A DNA stretch of 64,000 nt from Candidatus Melainabacteria bacterium 17Bon1m (GCA_032128875.1 JAVLKG010000002.1:640001-704000); one strand, 5' to 3'. Counted from the stretch's first letter, positions 40,556 through 51,379 are shown. Notes: generated by a model from the letters alone, not told the origin. Made by a program: numbers and translations.

Positions 40556-40833
40556 TTACGCTGTCCCTTCTGTTAGCGAAATAGTGATCGAGATTTCCGG
40601 GTTGCCGACGAGACTCTTGTCTCTGGGCAGGTTGCCTAAACTGCATTGCCTGCCGAATTCACCAATGCCCAACGCGAGCCAGTGACGAAGACCATGATAA
40701 AGCCGATGCCTGCTGGCGTATAGCCTTTGCAACGTTACCTAACTGAAAATTATCATAATGTTGAAGAATGGCTTGGGTTGCGGGAGAAAACCAGATTGAG
40801 CCAAGTGCGGTATGAGGAGCTAAAATAGACTCT

Positions 40834-41667
40834 ATGATTAAACTTCCTGCACGCATTTTAGTTGTTGTTGCCCTTGCTGGGCTGGTCTACGGCGTTTTTA
40901 GTGTGTCTAGAATGAACTCTTCGCCTGCTCAAGATGTGGCTCCGCCGGGATGCAGCGAGGGGGGCGAACCTGGGTCGTCAGAACCAGGAGCGGCCGGTGG
41001 AAGTCCAGGATCGGTGGGCGGCAACCCCGGATCGTCGGGCGGAAGTACTGGTGCGGGCGCAAACTCCGGAGCGATGCCCGGAAACTCTGGCTCGGCGGGT
41101 GCCGGTTCTTCAGACTCAGGTGGTTCGGGAGATCCGGATGGAACTGTTAGCAGTGTGGTAAACCCCAATGAGGGCGCCTTCGAATGGACGCTCGAGCGCA
41201 TGCTTTTAGCGACGCCGATGCCCATGACTGGCGAAGAACGCTCGTTTCTTTTCAAACATCCGCCACTCGAGCAGCTCCTAAGCTGGAAGCAAGCGGATTT
41301 TGACCAATATATTGCTGATCCTCTAGGGCTCAAACACGCAGCCGAAGAGGGGGTGCGCTGGCGCGGACTATCCGCAATGCTGAAGAGACAAGCCACTGCC
41401 GGTGCCAGGTTTTTCGGTGACAAAGACGAAGCACCAATTTTTCATAGCTCGTCAGATTTTCGCGGTGCAGAATTCGAGAATTTCGATTTTGACCAATTTT
41501 CTCTTGGTTTGAAGAAAGACCCGATTGGCGCATTTATCAAAATGCGACAATGGCGTCAGGAAATAAAGATCCGTGCCGCTCTTGTCGAATCCATGCGCAA
41601 GAAAGCCGCCCAACAAGGGAAGACAGAAGAGTTCGAAAAGGCGATCGATGATAGTGGTTCGAACTAG
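40834..41667 (+). CDS. Membrane-anchored hypothetical protein with Gly/Ser-rich linker
   Basis: N-terminal TM, GSPGS-type low-complexity stretch, globular C-half. Confidence 0.7.
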   Translation: MIKLPARILVVVALAGLVYGVFSVSRMNSSPAQDVAPPGCSEGGEPGSSEPGAAGGSPGSVGGNPGSSGGSTGAGANSGAMPGNSGSAGAGSSDSGGSGDPDGTVSSVVNPNEGAFEWTLERMLLATPMPMTGEERSFLFKHPPLEQLLSWKQADFDQYIADPLGLKHAAEEGVRWRGLSAMLKRQATAGARFFGDKDEAPIFHSSSDFRGAEFENFDFDQFSLGLKKDPIGAFIKMRQWRQEIKIRAALVESMRKKAAQQGKTEEFEKAIDDSGSN

Positions 41668-42077
41668 CTAACCAGCATGGTCCATTCCATGATGACGATA
41701 ATGGTTACTGCAATTGCGGTAAAAGCAATCCAGCCTGCCATGCGCCCCGGTGATGTTCTCAAAGCGAGGAAAGCCAGACCGGCAATTGCCATGTTGGCGA
41801 GCGCGATTAGTTTGCTCTCTGTTGGATAAAGCGTCATAGCCTGGAACACTTTGTGCATCACATCTGGTGCCAGCTCATATATAGCTGCGACACCAAGCAT
41901 CATGCCTCCGACGATAGTGGCTGGGTTTTGAAAAACGCGACCAAGTTCTTGCATCTCTTCTTCTACAGACATCGCCTGCAGAACTACTTTGTCTTCCTGC
42001 GCCGAAGCAACCGCACTGGTATCACCTTCGAGGTTCCAGTTGATTGTTTGTATATCGCGTTCTTTGATTGCCACCAT
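41664..42077 (-). CDS. Hypothetical membrane protein (3 TM)
   Basis: 137-aa ORF with three hydrophobic segments. Confidence 0.6.
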   Translation of the reverse strand: MVAIKERDIQTINWNLEGDTSAVASAQEDKVVLQAMSVEEEMQELGRVFQNPATIVGGMMLGVAAIYELAPDVMHKVFQAMTLYPTESKLIALANMAIAGLAFLALRTSPGRMAGWIAFTAIAVTIIVIMEWTMLVS

Positions 42078-42350
42078 TTGCCATGCCCTTCAAGAGAAAG
42101 CTGCCAAACAAATTCACATGCTAAGTGCGAACTCTGTCTGGTTTATAGCTAACTATCGCCGCCAAATCTATGCCTGGCAACACCATACTATGAAGTCAAG
42201 AGGAAGCAAAGGGGTTGAGAGCCTATCTGAAAGGAGATTAATCGCTGAGACCCGGATATACAGCTGTTTTTGATTAGAGAAGTGTCATGTTCGCCGAAGC
42301 CTACCCCTGTCTGTACACGCGTTGTTCACTCGCCGCGAGCAAAATACCAT

Positions 42351-42407
42351 TGGCAGAATCTGCGAGGGTAGCGTGAGCCCAATTGCTAAACCCTCGCAGT
42401 GATGCCA
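42351..42407. other. Extended intergenic stem-loop
   Basis: tggca/tgcca + ctgcgagggt/accctcgcag (10 bp perfect) + agc/gct. Confidence 0.55.
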
Positions 42408-42477
42408 CTTATCCCTGTATCATGATTGCCTGAAAGCGAGCAGTCCCGCACGCATTGGGACACAGGAGTCAGTCGAA

Positions 42478-43434
42478 GTGGCTTACTATTTGGCACCGAT
42501 ATCTTTGGGTTTGGGCGACCTGATGGTCTCGCTTCCGGCTCTCCAGGCGTTGATCGCCACTGGTGAACCTACTTACCTGGTCAGTCGCTCACCTATGCAA
42601 GAAGGTCTGGAAGGGCGCATCTGCGGTTTGGCCGGCATGATACGCGAGATCGAATTTGATCCATCGGCGCTCTCGCCAGAAGACATTTTCTACAACCTGC
42701 GCGATCATCCACTCCAAACTGACTATATCTGGGGTGCAGGCGAGTTTGAACTGCGTTATCCGGGCTATAAAATCACCGAAGTTTTGAAAGGCATCTGCGC
42801 CGACTTCGGTATTGAGGCAGACTACTCAAAGCTCTTGCAATTACCTTTCAAAAAGCGTGAGGAGGTCGATAACGCCGTTGTTTTCGTGCCTGGTTCTGCA
42901 GGCATCGTGAAGTGCTGGCCTGCTTTTCATTGGTTGGAGTTAGCTGATCGGCTGAAGAAGCGTGGTATCAAATGTGCAGTTGTCGGCGAGCCTGAGCATT
43001 CTCCTGTCGTGCATGAATGTGTGGAGGGTGGACTAGCTCATATTCCAACACCGACTCTTGCCGAGGCTCTCGATGTTCTAAGCTCTGCTCGTTGTGTTGT
43101 TGCCGTTGATACTGGTTTGATGCACTTGGCGTTGCAACAAGGAGTGCCGACAGTTTCTCTCTTCAGATACAACGTTATGTTCCAGCGCGACTACCCTCAT
43201 GTTCGCAGTTTGAGCGCACCTCGCTGTCCGCAAGAATGCACAGATGTTGAGTACAGCGGAACACCGCATAAAATCGTCAGTTACGAGTCATTTGAGCCAG
43301 ACGAAAAGCGCCTTTACTGGGAAACTTGGCAATGTTCAAAGCAAAATTGGAAGGAGAGATGCATGGCATCGATTTTGCCAGAACACGTCCAAGCGGCAAT
43401 TGAGGATGTCGCTTCGCTGGTTCAAGTTAGTTAG
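42478..43434 (+). CDS. Glycosyltransferase family 9 (heptosyltransferase-like)
   Basis: GLGDL, PGSA..KCWP..HW, VAVDTGLMHLA..GVPTVSLF; AGGAG RBS before GTG. Confidence 0.88.
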   Translation: MAYYLAPISLGLGDLMVSLPALQALIATGEPTYLVSRSPMQEGLEGRICGLAGMIREIEFDPSALSPEDIFYNLRDHPLQTDYIWGAGEFELRYPGYKITEVLKGICADFGIEADYSKLLQLPFKKREEVDNAVVFVPGSAGIVKCWPAFHWLELADRLKKRGIKCAVVGEPEHSPVVHECVEGGLAHIPTPTLAEALDVLSSARCVVAVDTGLMHLALQQGVPTVSLFRYNVMFQRDYPHVRSLSAPRCPQECTDVEYSGTPHKIVSYESFEPDEKRLYWETWQCSKQNWKERCMASILPEHVQAAIEDVASLVQVS

Positions 43435-43451
43435 AGGACAGGGGGAGTACT

Positions 43452-44375
43452 TTGTCTGACAGCAGTTCTATTCATGACTTAGTAGTTGTTGGAGGCGGGC
43501 CCGCCGGTATCAGTTGTGCGCTGGAGTGTCACGAAAATGCACTTGATGTTGTTGTGCTGGAACGTGAAAAACGTGTCGGCGGGCAGCTTCCTCAAATACC
43601 TAGTCCTGTTTATAACTATGCTGCCGGTTTTTTTGAAAACGGCGAACAAATGCGCGACCAGATGGAAAAGGTTGCACAAATGTTTCTCACTGACCGCGTG
43701 AAGACTGGATGCGATGTCTTGAGTGTAAATCTGGCCAAAAAGGAAGTTACAACCAGCCAAGGAACTTACAAGGGAAAGACTATCCTTCTTTCCACCGGAT
43801 ATCGTGTAAGACGCCTTGAGATGCCTATTTCCGATGAGTATGCAGGTGATGTTCTCTACCGAAGTGGTATTCATCGCGAAGAGCTAAAAGGCAAAGAGGT
43901 CGTGATAATTGGCAGTGGAGATAGCGCCGTCTTCACCGCTCTAGATTTGACTGAATACTGCTCTCACATCACAGTGTTGGCTCGCAGCAACATGTTTAAG
44001 GCGCGACCGGATATAGTGGCACGAATGCGCGACAGCAAAATAATTGAAGTGCATACTAATTCGGTTGTTACTTCACTGCGTGGTAATGGAAAACTTGAAT
44101 CGATTATTGTGTCGAGTAAATCGGCTGAAATTGAGGTCAAATGCTCTAAGCTCATTGCGAAACTAGGTTACTTGCCTAATACCGAGCTGTTCAGCGATCA
44201 ATTAGAAAGTTCTCGTGGACACATAATTGTTAACTCGCAATTTGCCACTTCAATTGATGGCGTTTTTGCCGCAGGTGATATTGCCCAGCCCGGCTATGAT
44301 CGTGTTGCTTTTGCCGTAGGAAGCGGTGTTATGGCAGCCCGTTCAATCAGAGCCTTTCTTGGACAGACACCATAG
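43452..44375 (+). CDS. Thioredoxin-reductase-like FAD/NAD(P) oxidoreductase lacking CxxC
   Basis: VGGGPAG, IIGSGDSA, TSIDGVFAAGD; no CxxC before the NADPH-binding motif. Confidence 0.85.
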   Translation: MSDSSSIHDLVVVGGGPAGISCALECHENALDVVVLEREKRVGGQLPQIPSPVYNYAAGFFENGEQMRDQMEKVAQMFLTDRVKTGCDVLSVNLAKKEVTTSQGTYKGKTILLSTGYRVRRLEMPISDEYAGDVLYRSGIHREELKGKEVVIIGSGDSAVFTALDLTEYCSHITVLARSNMFKARPDIVARMRDSKIIEVHTNSVVTSLRGNGKLESIIVSSKSAEIEVKCSKLIAKLGYLPNTELFSDQLESSRGHIIVNSQFATSIDGVFAAGDIAQPGYDRVAFAVGSGVMAARSIRAFLGQTP

Positions 44376-44463
44376 ATTGCCTCAAGAATTAGATGCTGTT
44401 CACAGATTGGTCACTCGTGACGTTGTATTGTAAAAGAGCAATATCTGCATAACGAGTACGAAC

Positions 44464-45126
44464 ATGGAAGCTACAGTAACAGTTTTGCCTTGCACATTGA
44501 GAAGAAAGCCTGAGGATTCGCCGGCGACAAAATTCGCATCGGCGGTCCCGGAAGACAGTCTTGCGCGCGAAGTTGATCTGGCGAAGATCGAAACAGCTGT
44601 TGAAATGATTCTCGAAGCGATCGGTGAGAATCCAAAACGCGCTGGTCTGATCGACACGCCTCAGCGTGTAGCACGCCTGTATCAAGAGCTGTGCTACTCG
44701 ACTGGTATCGATGCCTCGTCAGAGATTAGCTGCAAATTTCAGGAAGAAACCGAAGGTCTGGTTCTCGTAAAAGACATCGAATTCACAAGCCTGTGTGAAC
44801 ATCATCTGGTTCCATTTACGGGCCGAGCACATGTTGCTTACCTGCCTACAAATGGTGTCATAACGGGTCTGTCCAAACTCGCAAGAGTAGTTGAATTGAC
44901 CGCTCGTCGTCTGCAAGTTCAAGAACGGATGACCGAGGAGATAGCTGACGCCGTCGCTAAAGGGATTGATGCGCAAGCCGTGTGTGTTTGCGTTGAAGCT
45001 GAACACATGTGTATGTCGATTCGCGGTATCAAAAAGCCTGGTGCCAAAACAGTCACTACTGCCTTCCGCGGTCTATTCAAAGAAGACCAGGCAATGCGCA
45101 GCGAAGTGCTTTCCTACTTGAAATAA
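44464..45126 (+). CDS. folE: GTP cyclohydrolase I
   Basis: GLIDTPQRVA, SLCEHHLVPF, GLSKLAR, RLQVQERMT, HMCMSIRG. Confidence 0.97.
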   Translation: MEATVTVLPCTLRRKPEDSPATKFASAVPEDSLAREVDLAKIETAVEMILEAIGENPKRAGLIDTPQRVARLYQELCYSTGIDASSEISCKFQEETEGLVLVKDIEFTSLCEHHLVPFTGRAHVAYLPTNGVITGLSKLARVVELTARRLQVQERMTEEIADAVAKGIDAQAVCVCVEAEHMCMSIRGIKKPGAKTVTTAFRGLFKEDQAMRSEVLSYLK

Positions 45127-45160
45127 CAGACTTCAATCCGTAACTGGAAATTGTTTTTGT

Positions 45161-46411
45161 TTATGCTTCCACTCCCCATTGAAGCAGGTGTTTTACGCTG
45201 CCGACATCTTGCACGAAGTCAACATAATGAGTAGAGCCGTTTTCAGTAATTTGAATCTTTTCGTTGTCGACTGCAAGCAGCTTGACTCCATGCATGCGTA
45301 GCACGTCACCTTGCGTTCTTGCAAAGTTGAATGCGAATTCTACTTGCTGATCCGGTGGAAGCTTGTCGAAGTATTCAGATAACTGCGCAAAATTGCGTTG
45401 GAAATCTAGCGCTGGATCATGATGGTCGGCGTTGTTCCAGCGAAGATCGTCACCGTCGCGTCCTCCCAGACCGGCAGCTACTTTCGAATTCCAGAAGTTT
45501 GGAACCTGCCCGTCATTCGCTTTTGTACGCATAAATTTGGTAAGGTCGATTTCTTTTGGAATTCCGTAGTGAGCTTTGAACTCTTCTTGGCTTAGCGCAA
45601 CATCAGCGCCTTCAACTCGGAAGTGATCTGCAGGAGCGTTGGGACTAGTGACTACGCGTGATGGTTGCCGAACTTCCTGACGCTGATTTTGAACCTCAGT
45701 TGGTTTTGTCCAACCCATATCATTATTGTTGCTTGCATAATCACTGTTTTGCTGCTGGCGGTCGGCGCGAATCATGCGATCGTTGTCTTTGTTAGCCATG
45801 ACAAAATAGGCCATGTCACTGTAAGAAATCTCTTTGTGGCCATCCATGCGCGAGATTTGCTTGAAGTTGTTCTTGATCAGCATAAGGTCTGCCAACTCTT
45901 GCTGCGGAATAAGATGGCCAACGCGCTCAATATAGTTTTTCAGTTCTTTTTCGCTGATGCGGTCGTTGTGCTTGCCACTATTGATGAAAGGACCATGTTT
46001 ATCGAGAGTCGACATCAACTCTCTCGACGTGCGGAACAAGTCGACATTTTCTTGTTGTCCATATTCCCTGTCTGCGCGATAACCTCGGTCCCGAAAGTTT
46101 TCTCTGCCGCCAAAGTTTTCTCTGCCGCCAAAGTGTCCTCTGCCTCCACGGTCGAAGCGATCGTTTGCAGAGTCGATAGAAAAATCGATAGAGAAATCAT
46201 CCCTTATTTCGGGTTGTCTTCTCCAAAAGTTGCGGTCAACGCCACCGCGTCCAAACGTTTGTTGTATAACATCAGCAAAAACGTTTTCGACAGCCTCGTG
46301 AGGAGCGAATCCCCTGTTCAGTTCCTGAATAGGATCATGTTCGCGTAATGTCGAGTGAATCTCTTCGACGGCGCGTATAGGGTCTGGCCTGAAGTTTGGC
46401 GAAGAAACCAT
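45161..46411 (-). CDS. Signal-less hypothetical protein with GGRENF repeats and EF-hand-like segments
   Basis: 18-nt tandem repeats near 46093-46147; DRISEKEL and DGHKEISYSD segments; AGGAG RBS. Confidence 0.65.
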   Translation of the reverse strand: MVSSPNFRPDPIRAVEEIHSTLREHDPIQELNRGFAPHEAVENVFADVIQQTFGRGGVDRNFWRRQPEIRDDFSIDFSIDSANDRFDRGGRGHFGGRENFGGRENFRDRGYRADREYGQQENVDLFRTSRELMSTLDKHGPFINSGKHNDRISEKELKNYIERVGHLIPQQELADLMLIKNNFKQISRMDGHKEISYSDMAYFVMANKDNDRMIRADRQQQNSDYASNNNDMGWTKPTEVQNQRQEVRQPSRVVTSPNAPADHFRVEGADVALSQEEFKAHYGIPKEIDLTKFMRTKANDGQVPNFWNSKVAAGLGGRDGDDLRWNNADHHDPALDFQRNFAQLSEYFDKLPPDQQVEFAFNFARTQGDVLRMHGVKLLAVDNEKIQITENGSTHYVDFVQDVGSVKHLLQWGVEA

Positions 46412-46666
46412 GAGGTGGGCTCCTTGTATCTAGGGTGTTAGTAAATGTTCGCCTGGGAGGAACTTTTTAGAGCTGCGAAGCTCAATAACCAGCAAACGAG
46501 GAAATTGGTTTGCACACCACAGTTATAAAGGGGGCGAGGCGGCAAGATGTTACCGACTTGTGAACATCCTCGATATGGTAAATTTCTACAGCGAAAGGTT
46601 CGCCTGACGAGGTTTTGCGCTCTTTGAGTCCAAAACCATACTTAGTTCTTTCTGGAGGGACTTGAG

Positions 46667-47248
46667 ATGGTACTTGTGAATTCAACAATGAGAGAACTTG
46701 GGTCTTCTGCTCCGGACTTTTCCCTTCCCAGCGTGACTGACGGTAAAAGCTATAGCTTGAGCTCTTTTGCGGATAAGAAGGCACTCCTTATCATTTTTGC
46801 TTGCCGTCATTGCCCATATGTCGTTCACATTAAGGACGAGCTGGCTAAGTTGGGCAATGATTATGCCAATGAAGATATTGCAATCGTCGCCATCTCATCA
46901 AATGATGCTGAGAATCACAAGGATGACGCGCCGGACAAACTGAAAGAGTTCGCGCAGGAATTAAAACTGACCTATCCTTTCCTGTATGACGAATCTCAGG
47001 CAGTTGCAAAAGACTACACTGCTGCTTGCACGCCTGATTTCTTTCTCTACGATGAAAAGCGCAAACTTGCTTACAGAGGGCAACTAGATGGTTCTCGTCC
47101 AGGCAATAGCATCCCCGTGACTGGTGAAGATTTGCGCGCCGCTATAGATTGCGTATTGAAGGGCAATCCTGTTTCGGCTGACCAGAAGCCGAGTGCCGGT
47201 TGCAATATTAAGTGGAAAGCCGGAAACGCGCCTGCTTACTTCGGTTAG
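46667..47248 (+). CDS. AhpC/TSA-type thioredoxin family protein
   Basis: APDFSLP, CRHCPYV, YPFLYDESQ, CTPDFF, YRGQLD, GCNIKWK. Confidence 0.93.
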   Translation: MVLVNSTMRELGSSAPDFSLPSVTDGKSYSLSSFADKKALLIIFACRHCPYVVHIKDELAKLGNDYANEDIAIVAISSNDAENHKDDAPDKLKEFAQELKLTYPFLYDESQAVAKDYTAACTPDFFLYDEKRKLAYRGQLDGSRPGNSIPVTGEDLRAAIDCVLKGNPVSADQKPSAGCNIKWKAGNAPAYFG

Positions 47249-47490
47249 AGACAATTGGCAGCAAATATTCTTTGGCGCCTCTCCTCAAACAAAATAAAAA
47301 TCTTGACATGCGGAAACTATTAGGTCTGTGACACAGTCACCGACTCGTGCGACTATTACCTATGACCGAAGAATGAGTTTTATGGCTCTCGCATCTGGAG
47401 GTGCGGAAAGCTGCCTTAATGAATTTCGCCCGGATTCCCCAAAAAAATGCGTTGAGCAACTGCACAAAGCCGAAACATTCTTTTGTTTTC

Positions 47491-49701
47491 ATGGCGGCAA
47501 GTGTTCAGACAATGTTGGCGATTCTTCTGACTTACACGATACTTTCAAGTTGTGGATTTCTGCAACACAGAGAAGCCATTAAGGTCGACTACGAAGTCCA
47601 AGTCACTGATCCCAGCGTCAAGCGACTGACCGAGGTAACTTCAAGCATCAGGCTTGTAGCTAGCGGTGAGTTTACTCCTGGCACTTATACGATCGGGAAA
47701 ACTCCCGTTTCTATTCCGCCGAACACAAGCTTTGAATTGAAGTTGGCAATGCCTGTCACCGATCCAAAGGTTATTTCGGCTCACGACGCTACAGGGACAT
47801 TTACTGTCAGCCGCCCCATCAGTGTTATGGCTGTGCCTGTACCGCTGACAATTTCCCTCTACAAAGGCACCGTCAGTGGTGAAGTCGATCTCGTTCGCGG
47901 TCTGGCTGCCTTCTTTATCAACTTACTCCAAGTTGGTGTTATTAGTGGTGATACGCACCAGATGATACACAGCATGAAGATTCATAAGGCTGAAATGGAT
48001 CTTCGTCCTGGAGCCGTTTTGCGCTTTGGTCCGAAGGCGGTAATTGTTGGTCCTGATTCATTTGTCTCGTTGACTGATGTATCTGTGGATCGACTTCTAA
48101 ACTATCAAGCGAAGTGCAAAATCAACGTCAACTTTGCCAAAAATTGTAAATGGATGGGTAAACGAGTTGATACCGAATTTGATGGCGGTAAGGCTTATGT
48201 TGAGGGACGAGCGATAAGACGTGGTAACCAGCTTACTCTGTCAATTGTGCCAGAATCTGAGAAACCGTCTGAGATTGTGATGAGGACTTGCAAGTTTAGC
48301 TTTGGCAAATTCAAGCGATGCCACGCTATCAGTGATGAATGCGTGCTGCACTTGAAAGAATATTCTTTGCGGCACACAACCGGTAGTGAAGAAGACAGCA
48401 TGCACCTTCTTTCCGCTATGGATTTGAAAGGCACGAATCTCAGACTGAAAACCGACATTCATCAAACGGATGCATACTTTCCGGACACAGTTCCTGCCAT
48501 GTTGCAGGTTGATTTGACGCCTGGCAGCGATGCTTCCACCCACTTCTCGACAGAGGGCGATGCCATTGCAGAGTCCGGAACAATTACAATCTCCAAAAAA
48601 TCGACTCACTTAACTCTGTATTTGGGTAATACCAAAATCGGGAAGGTTTCTTACGATAAATTTGGTTCTCTTGCATTCGTTCTCGAAAAGGGAACCTCAA
48701 AGCTGAAGCAGTTGGATTGGCAGGGTAATAAGAGCAAGTTCACACTCACAACCGCTAGCGATTCGACGCTCACTTTGCCGAGCAGCATGCTTTTGGAAAA
48801 AACCGAAAGCACAGAGCCGACAAAATTGAAGTTGCCTCTTGTTGTCGAGTTCGGCGAAGGAGAGTTGCGCACGCCCAAGAGTGTTATTCAACTTGCCGAC
48901 TTGAACGGAAAACTCTTTCTCAATGTCGACAAAGAAGTACAGCTCAATAGCTCCGTAGACTTCACGATTCAGCACTCTAAACTTCTTGGTGCAGAGGAAG
49001 TTGACGTAAAAGTTAGAGGCATTGACCTTTCAATGGTTCAAAACCGCGCTAACTTGCACCTGAATTCTTGCAATTTAGTACTGCCGGAGAAGGCGCTTGC
49101 AGAAGCAATTTCAAAACGAATTCCCGATCACCTCAACTTGGATTTGGATAAAACTATTTCAGAAGATAAGCGTTGGCGTTATCGAAACGCGAAGGCTAAG
49201 GCGGTGAGGATTGACGATCTTGTTATATCTGATATGAAGGCAAAAGGCTCTGGTTCTCTCTCTTTCACCGCCACTGGTAATGCTGTAATAGAAGGCACCG
49301 TTGAAAAAGGAAACATCATTCTCAAAACGGATAATTGGAAAGAATGTCCCTGGACCTTGGAAGCTGAATTGACTGGAGAAGGTTCTGTCAAATATGCGAT
49401 TGTTGGTGACACAGATTCTTCAAGAAGCCGGGTCAAATATGATTTGACCATGGATTTACCTTTGCCGGCGAACATGCGCTTGGACTGGAGCAAAGTTACG
49501 AGCGGTTTGCTTAGAATCGCTGAGCGAAAAATCATCGTTAAGCGGCTGCGAAAAGTCACAGTCCCGGTTTCCCACAAGGGAGAGATTGACTTGTTCGAGG
49601 CAGGCGACTCGCGCTGGAAGAATTTCAAGCTGACGAAAGTGGCGATCAAAACCAAAGGCGACGATATTAACATCGATTTCACTGCGGACGCGGTGTTCTA
49701 G
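47491..49701 (+). CDS. Large beta-rich probable lipoprotein, function unknown
   Basis: Hydrophobic leader ending in LSSC (lipobox-like); long alternating beta-strand pattern; start uncertain. Confidence 0.65.
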   Translation: MAASVQTMLAILLTYTILSSCGFLQHREAIKVDYEVQVTDPSVKRLTEVTSSIRLVASGEFTPGTYTIGKTPVSIPPNTSFELKLAMPVTDPKVISAHDATGTFTVSRPISVMAVPVPLTISLYKGTVSGEVDLVRGLAAFFINLLQVGVISGDTHQMIHSMKIHKAEMDLRPGAVLRFGPKAVIVGPDSFVSLTDVSVDRLLNYQAKCKINVNFAKNCKWMGKRVDTEFDGGKAYVEGRAIRRGNQLTLSIVPESEKPSEIVMRTCKFSFGKFKRCHAISDECVLHLKEYSLRHTTGSEEDSMHLLSAMDLKGTNLRLKTDIHQTDAYFPDTVPAMLQVDLTPGSDASTHFSTEGDAIAESGTITISKKSTHLTLYLGNTKIGKVSYDKFGSLAFVLEKGTSKLKQLDWQGNKSKFTLTTASDSTLTLPSSMLLEKTESTEPTKLKLPLVVEFGEGELRTPKSVIQLADLNGKLFLNVDKEVQLNSSVDFTIQHSKLLGAEEVDVKVRGIDLSMVQNRANLHLNSCNLVLPEKALAEAISKRIPDHLNLDLDKTISEDKRWRYRNAKAKAVRIDDLVISDMKAKGSGSLSFTATGNAVIEGTVEKGNIILKTDNWKECPWTLEAELTGEGSVKYAIVGDTDSSRSRVKYDLTMDLPLPANMRLDWSKVTSGLLRIAERKIIVKRLRKVTVPVSHKGEIDLFEAGDSRWKNFKLTKVAIKTKGDDINIDFTADAVF

Positions 49702-49754
49702 AGTCAATATTAGACCTGCCGATTAAAGGGCATAAGAGTTAGCATCCTGACTCT

Positions 49755-51281
49755 ATGGACTTAGATATGTACTGGCGCTTCTTTTTTTCCTTGTTTTTCT
49801 GCACATTCTGCGTCTTCGATGTGTTGTCGCCCGCAGTGTGTCCTTCTGTAGCGGCTGCAGATATCAAAGAATCGTCGGATGGTATTGACTCCTCTGTGAC
49901 TAAGCCACTTTTTGACGAAGTGTCAAAGCTTGTCAAAATGTTTTATCCCAATGCAAAAGTTAGTCAGGTCGGAACGAAAATCCATTTCGAGTTTAAGGCG
50001 GCGCCACAGATTTCGACCAGAACTCATCTAACCGTAATTGGTCCCAAGCAAGGCGGTATTCTCGGAGATGTCGAGGTCAAGAAAGGTTCTTCGACCATTC
50101 ATGAACAGATCCAAAACGAGTATTACTATCAGACGATTTTGCTTGCTCCATATTCCGCTCATCACGATTGCCATCTTCAAGTAAAACTCTCTTACCCTCC
50201 TGAGACCAGCCCAGATTTCGTAGATAGGTTTAAGGGGGTGATAAAGGACTTTGACGACTCTTTGCCTGCAGCACCAAAAGTTGCAGGGCAGAAGGAAAAT
50301 AGTTCTACTGATGTTGATGTCTCTGCAAGTAGTGCGATTTCAACAACTGTTTCTGCCAGTGCTGCTCCAATAATTCCGGTTTTACCGCAGGCTTCCCAAG
50401 TTTTTCAAAAACCGAAAGATACGCAACGCAAGTTGTTTTTTTGGAAAGCAAAACGTGGCTCTGATGTTGTCTATCTTCTGGGTACTATTCATGCGGCTCC
50501 CTCTACTTTGTATCCGCTTCCTCGCGAAATCGAATCAGCGTTTGATTCGAGTCGTTGTCTGCTTGTAGAAGTGAATATCGAGAAAGCAAAAATCGATCCG
50601 GAAAAGATTCAACAACTAGTAAATACTTCTGGTAAATACACAGCTCCAGATAAGTTGAGCAAACATCTATCGCCAGGCACCAAGCGTGTCTTCGAAGCCT
50701 ATCTCAGTTGGGCCGGTGAGTCATGGGCTATGTACGAACAGTATAAGCCATGGTACACGCGAGAATTGATTTCTGTTCCGCGGCGTGGCGAGTTGTCTAA
50801 GATGAAGAAAGCTTATGGCATTGACTTGCATTTTCTTCAGAAAGCGGCCGCACAGAAAAAGCCTGTTGAGGATTTTGAAACCGTTGAATTTCAGCTAGCG
50901 CTCGACTCCAAACTCTCAGAGGATGTCCAAGACAAGCTTTTGCAAGTTACACTTCTCGAATTGAAAGACACCGAAAGGACTATGGCCTCAATCTTTGACG
51001 CGTGGAAATCCGGCGATATGGAGAAGATGGAAAAGGTAGCAGTACATGAATCCGTCGACAATCCCGACCTCATACCTTTCACCATGGCACTTCTAAATAA
51101 CCGAAATGTCGCTATGGCGGCAAAAATCGACCCTTTCCTTAAAACCAAGGGCAGCCCGCTCTTTGTGGCAGTAGGATCTGCGCACATGGTCGGAGAATCA
51201 GGGCTGGTTAACCTTCTGAAGAAAAAGGGATTCGAGGTTGAACAAGTCACGGTAGTTCCGGTGGAGCAGAAGGCTCGCTAG
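49755..51281 (+). CDS. TraB/GumN family protein with extra N-terminal domain
   Basis: YLLGTIH, GIDLHF, ETVEFQL, NNRNVAM, FVAVGSAHM. Confidence 0.88.
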   Translation: MDLDMYWRFFFSLFFCTFCVFDVLSPAVCPSVAAADIKESSDGIDSSVTKPLFDEVSKLVKMFYPNAKVSQVGTKIHFEFKAAPQISTRTHLTVIGPKQGGILGDVEVKKGSSTIHEQIQNEYYYQTILLAPYSAHHDCHLQVKLSYPPETSPDFVDRFKGVIKDFDDSLPAAPKVAGQKENSSTDVDVSASSAISTTVSASAAPIIPVLPQASQVFQKPKDTQRKLFFWKAKRGSDVVYLLGTIHAAPSTLYPLPREIESAFDSSRCLLVEVNIEKAKIDPEKIQQLVNTSGKYTAPDKLSKHLSPGTKRVFEAYLSWAGESWAMYEQYKPWYTRELISVPRRGELSKMKKAYGIDLHFLQKAAAQKKPVEDFETVEFQLALDSKLSEDVQDKLLQVTLLELKDTERTMASIFDAWKSGDMEKMEKVAVHESVDNPDLIPFTMALLNNRNVAMAAKIDPFLKTKGSPLFVAVGSAHMVGESGLVNLLKKKGFEVEQVTVVPVEQKAR

Positions 51282-51296
51282 CGGAAGATTCGGTAG

Positions 51297-51325
51297 CGCA
51301 AGCCCTTGAGGCACAAGGGTTTGCG
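51297..51325. other. Intergenic hairpin
   Basis: cgcaagcccttg-aggca-caagggtttgcg. Confidence 0.5.
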
Positions 51326-51379
51326 GCTCCTGTTTATAAATAATGGGGCAGTGGCACCTTACATATAAGTGCCCTAGTT

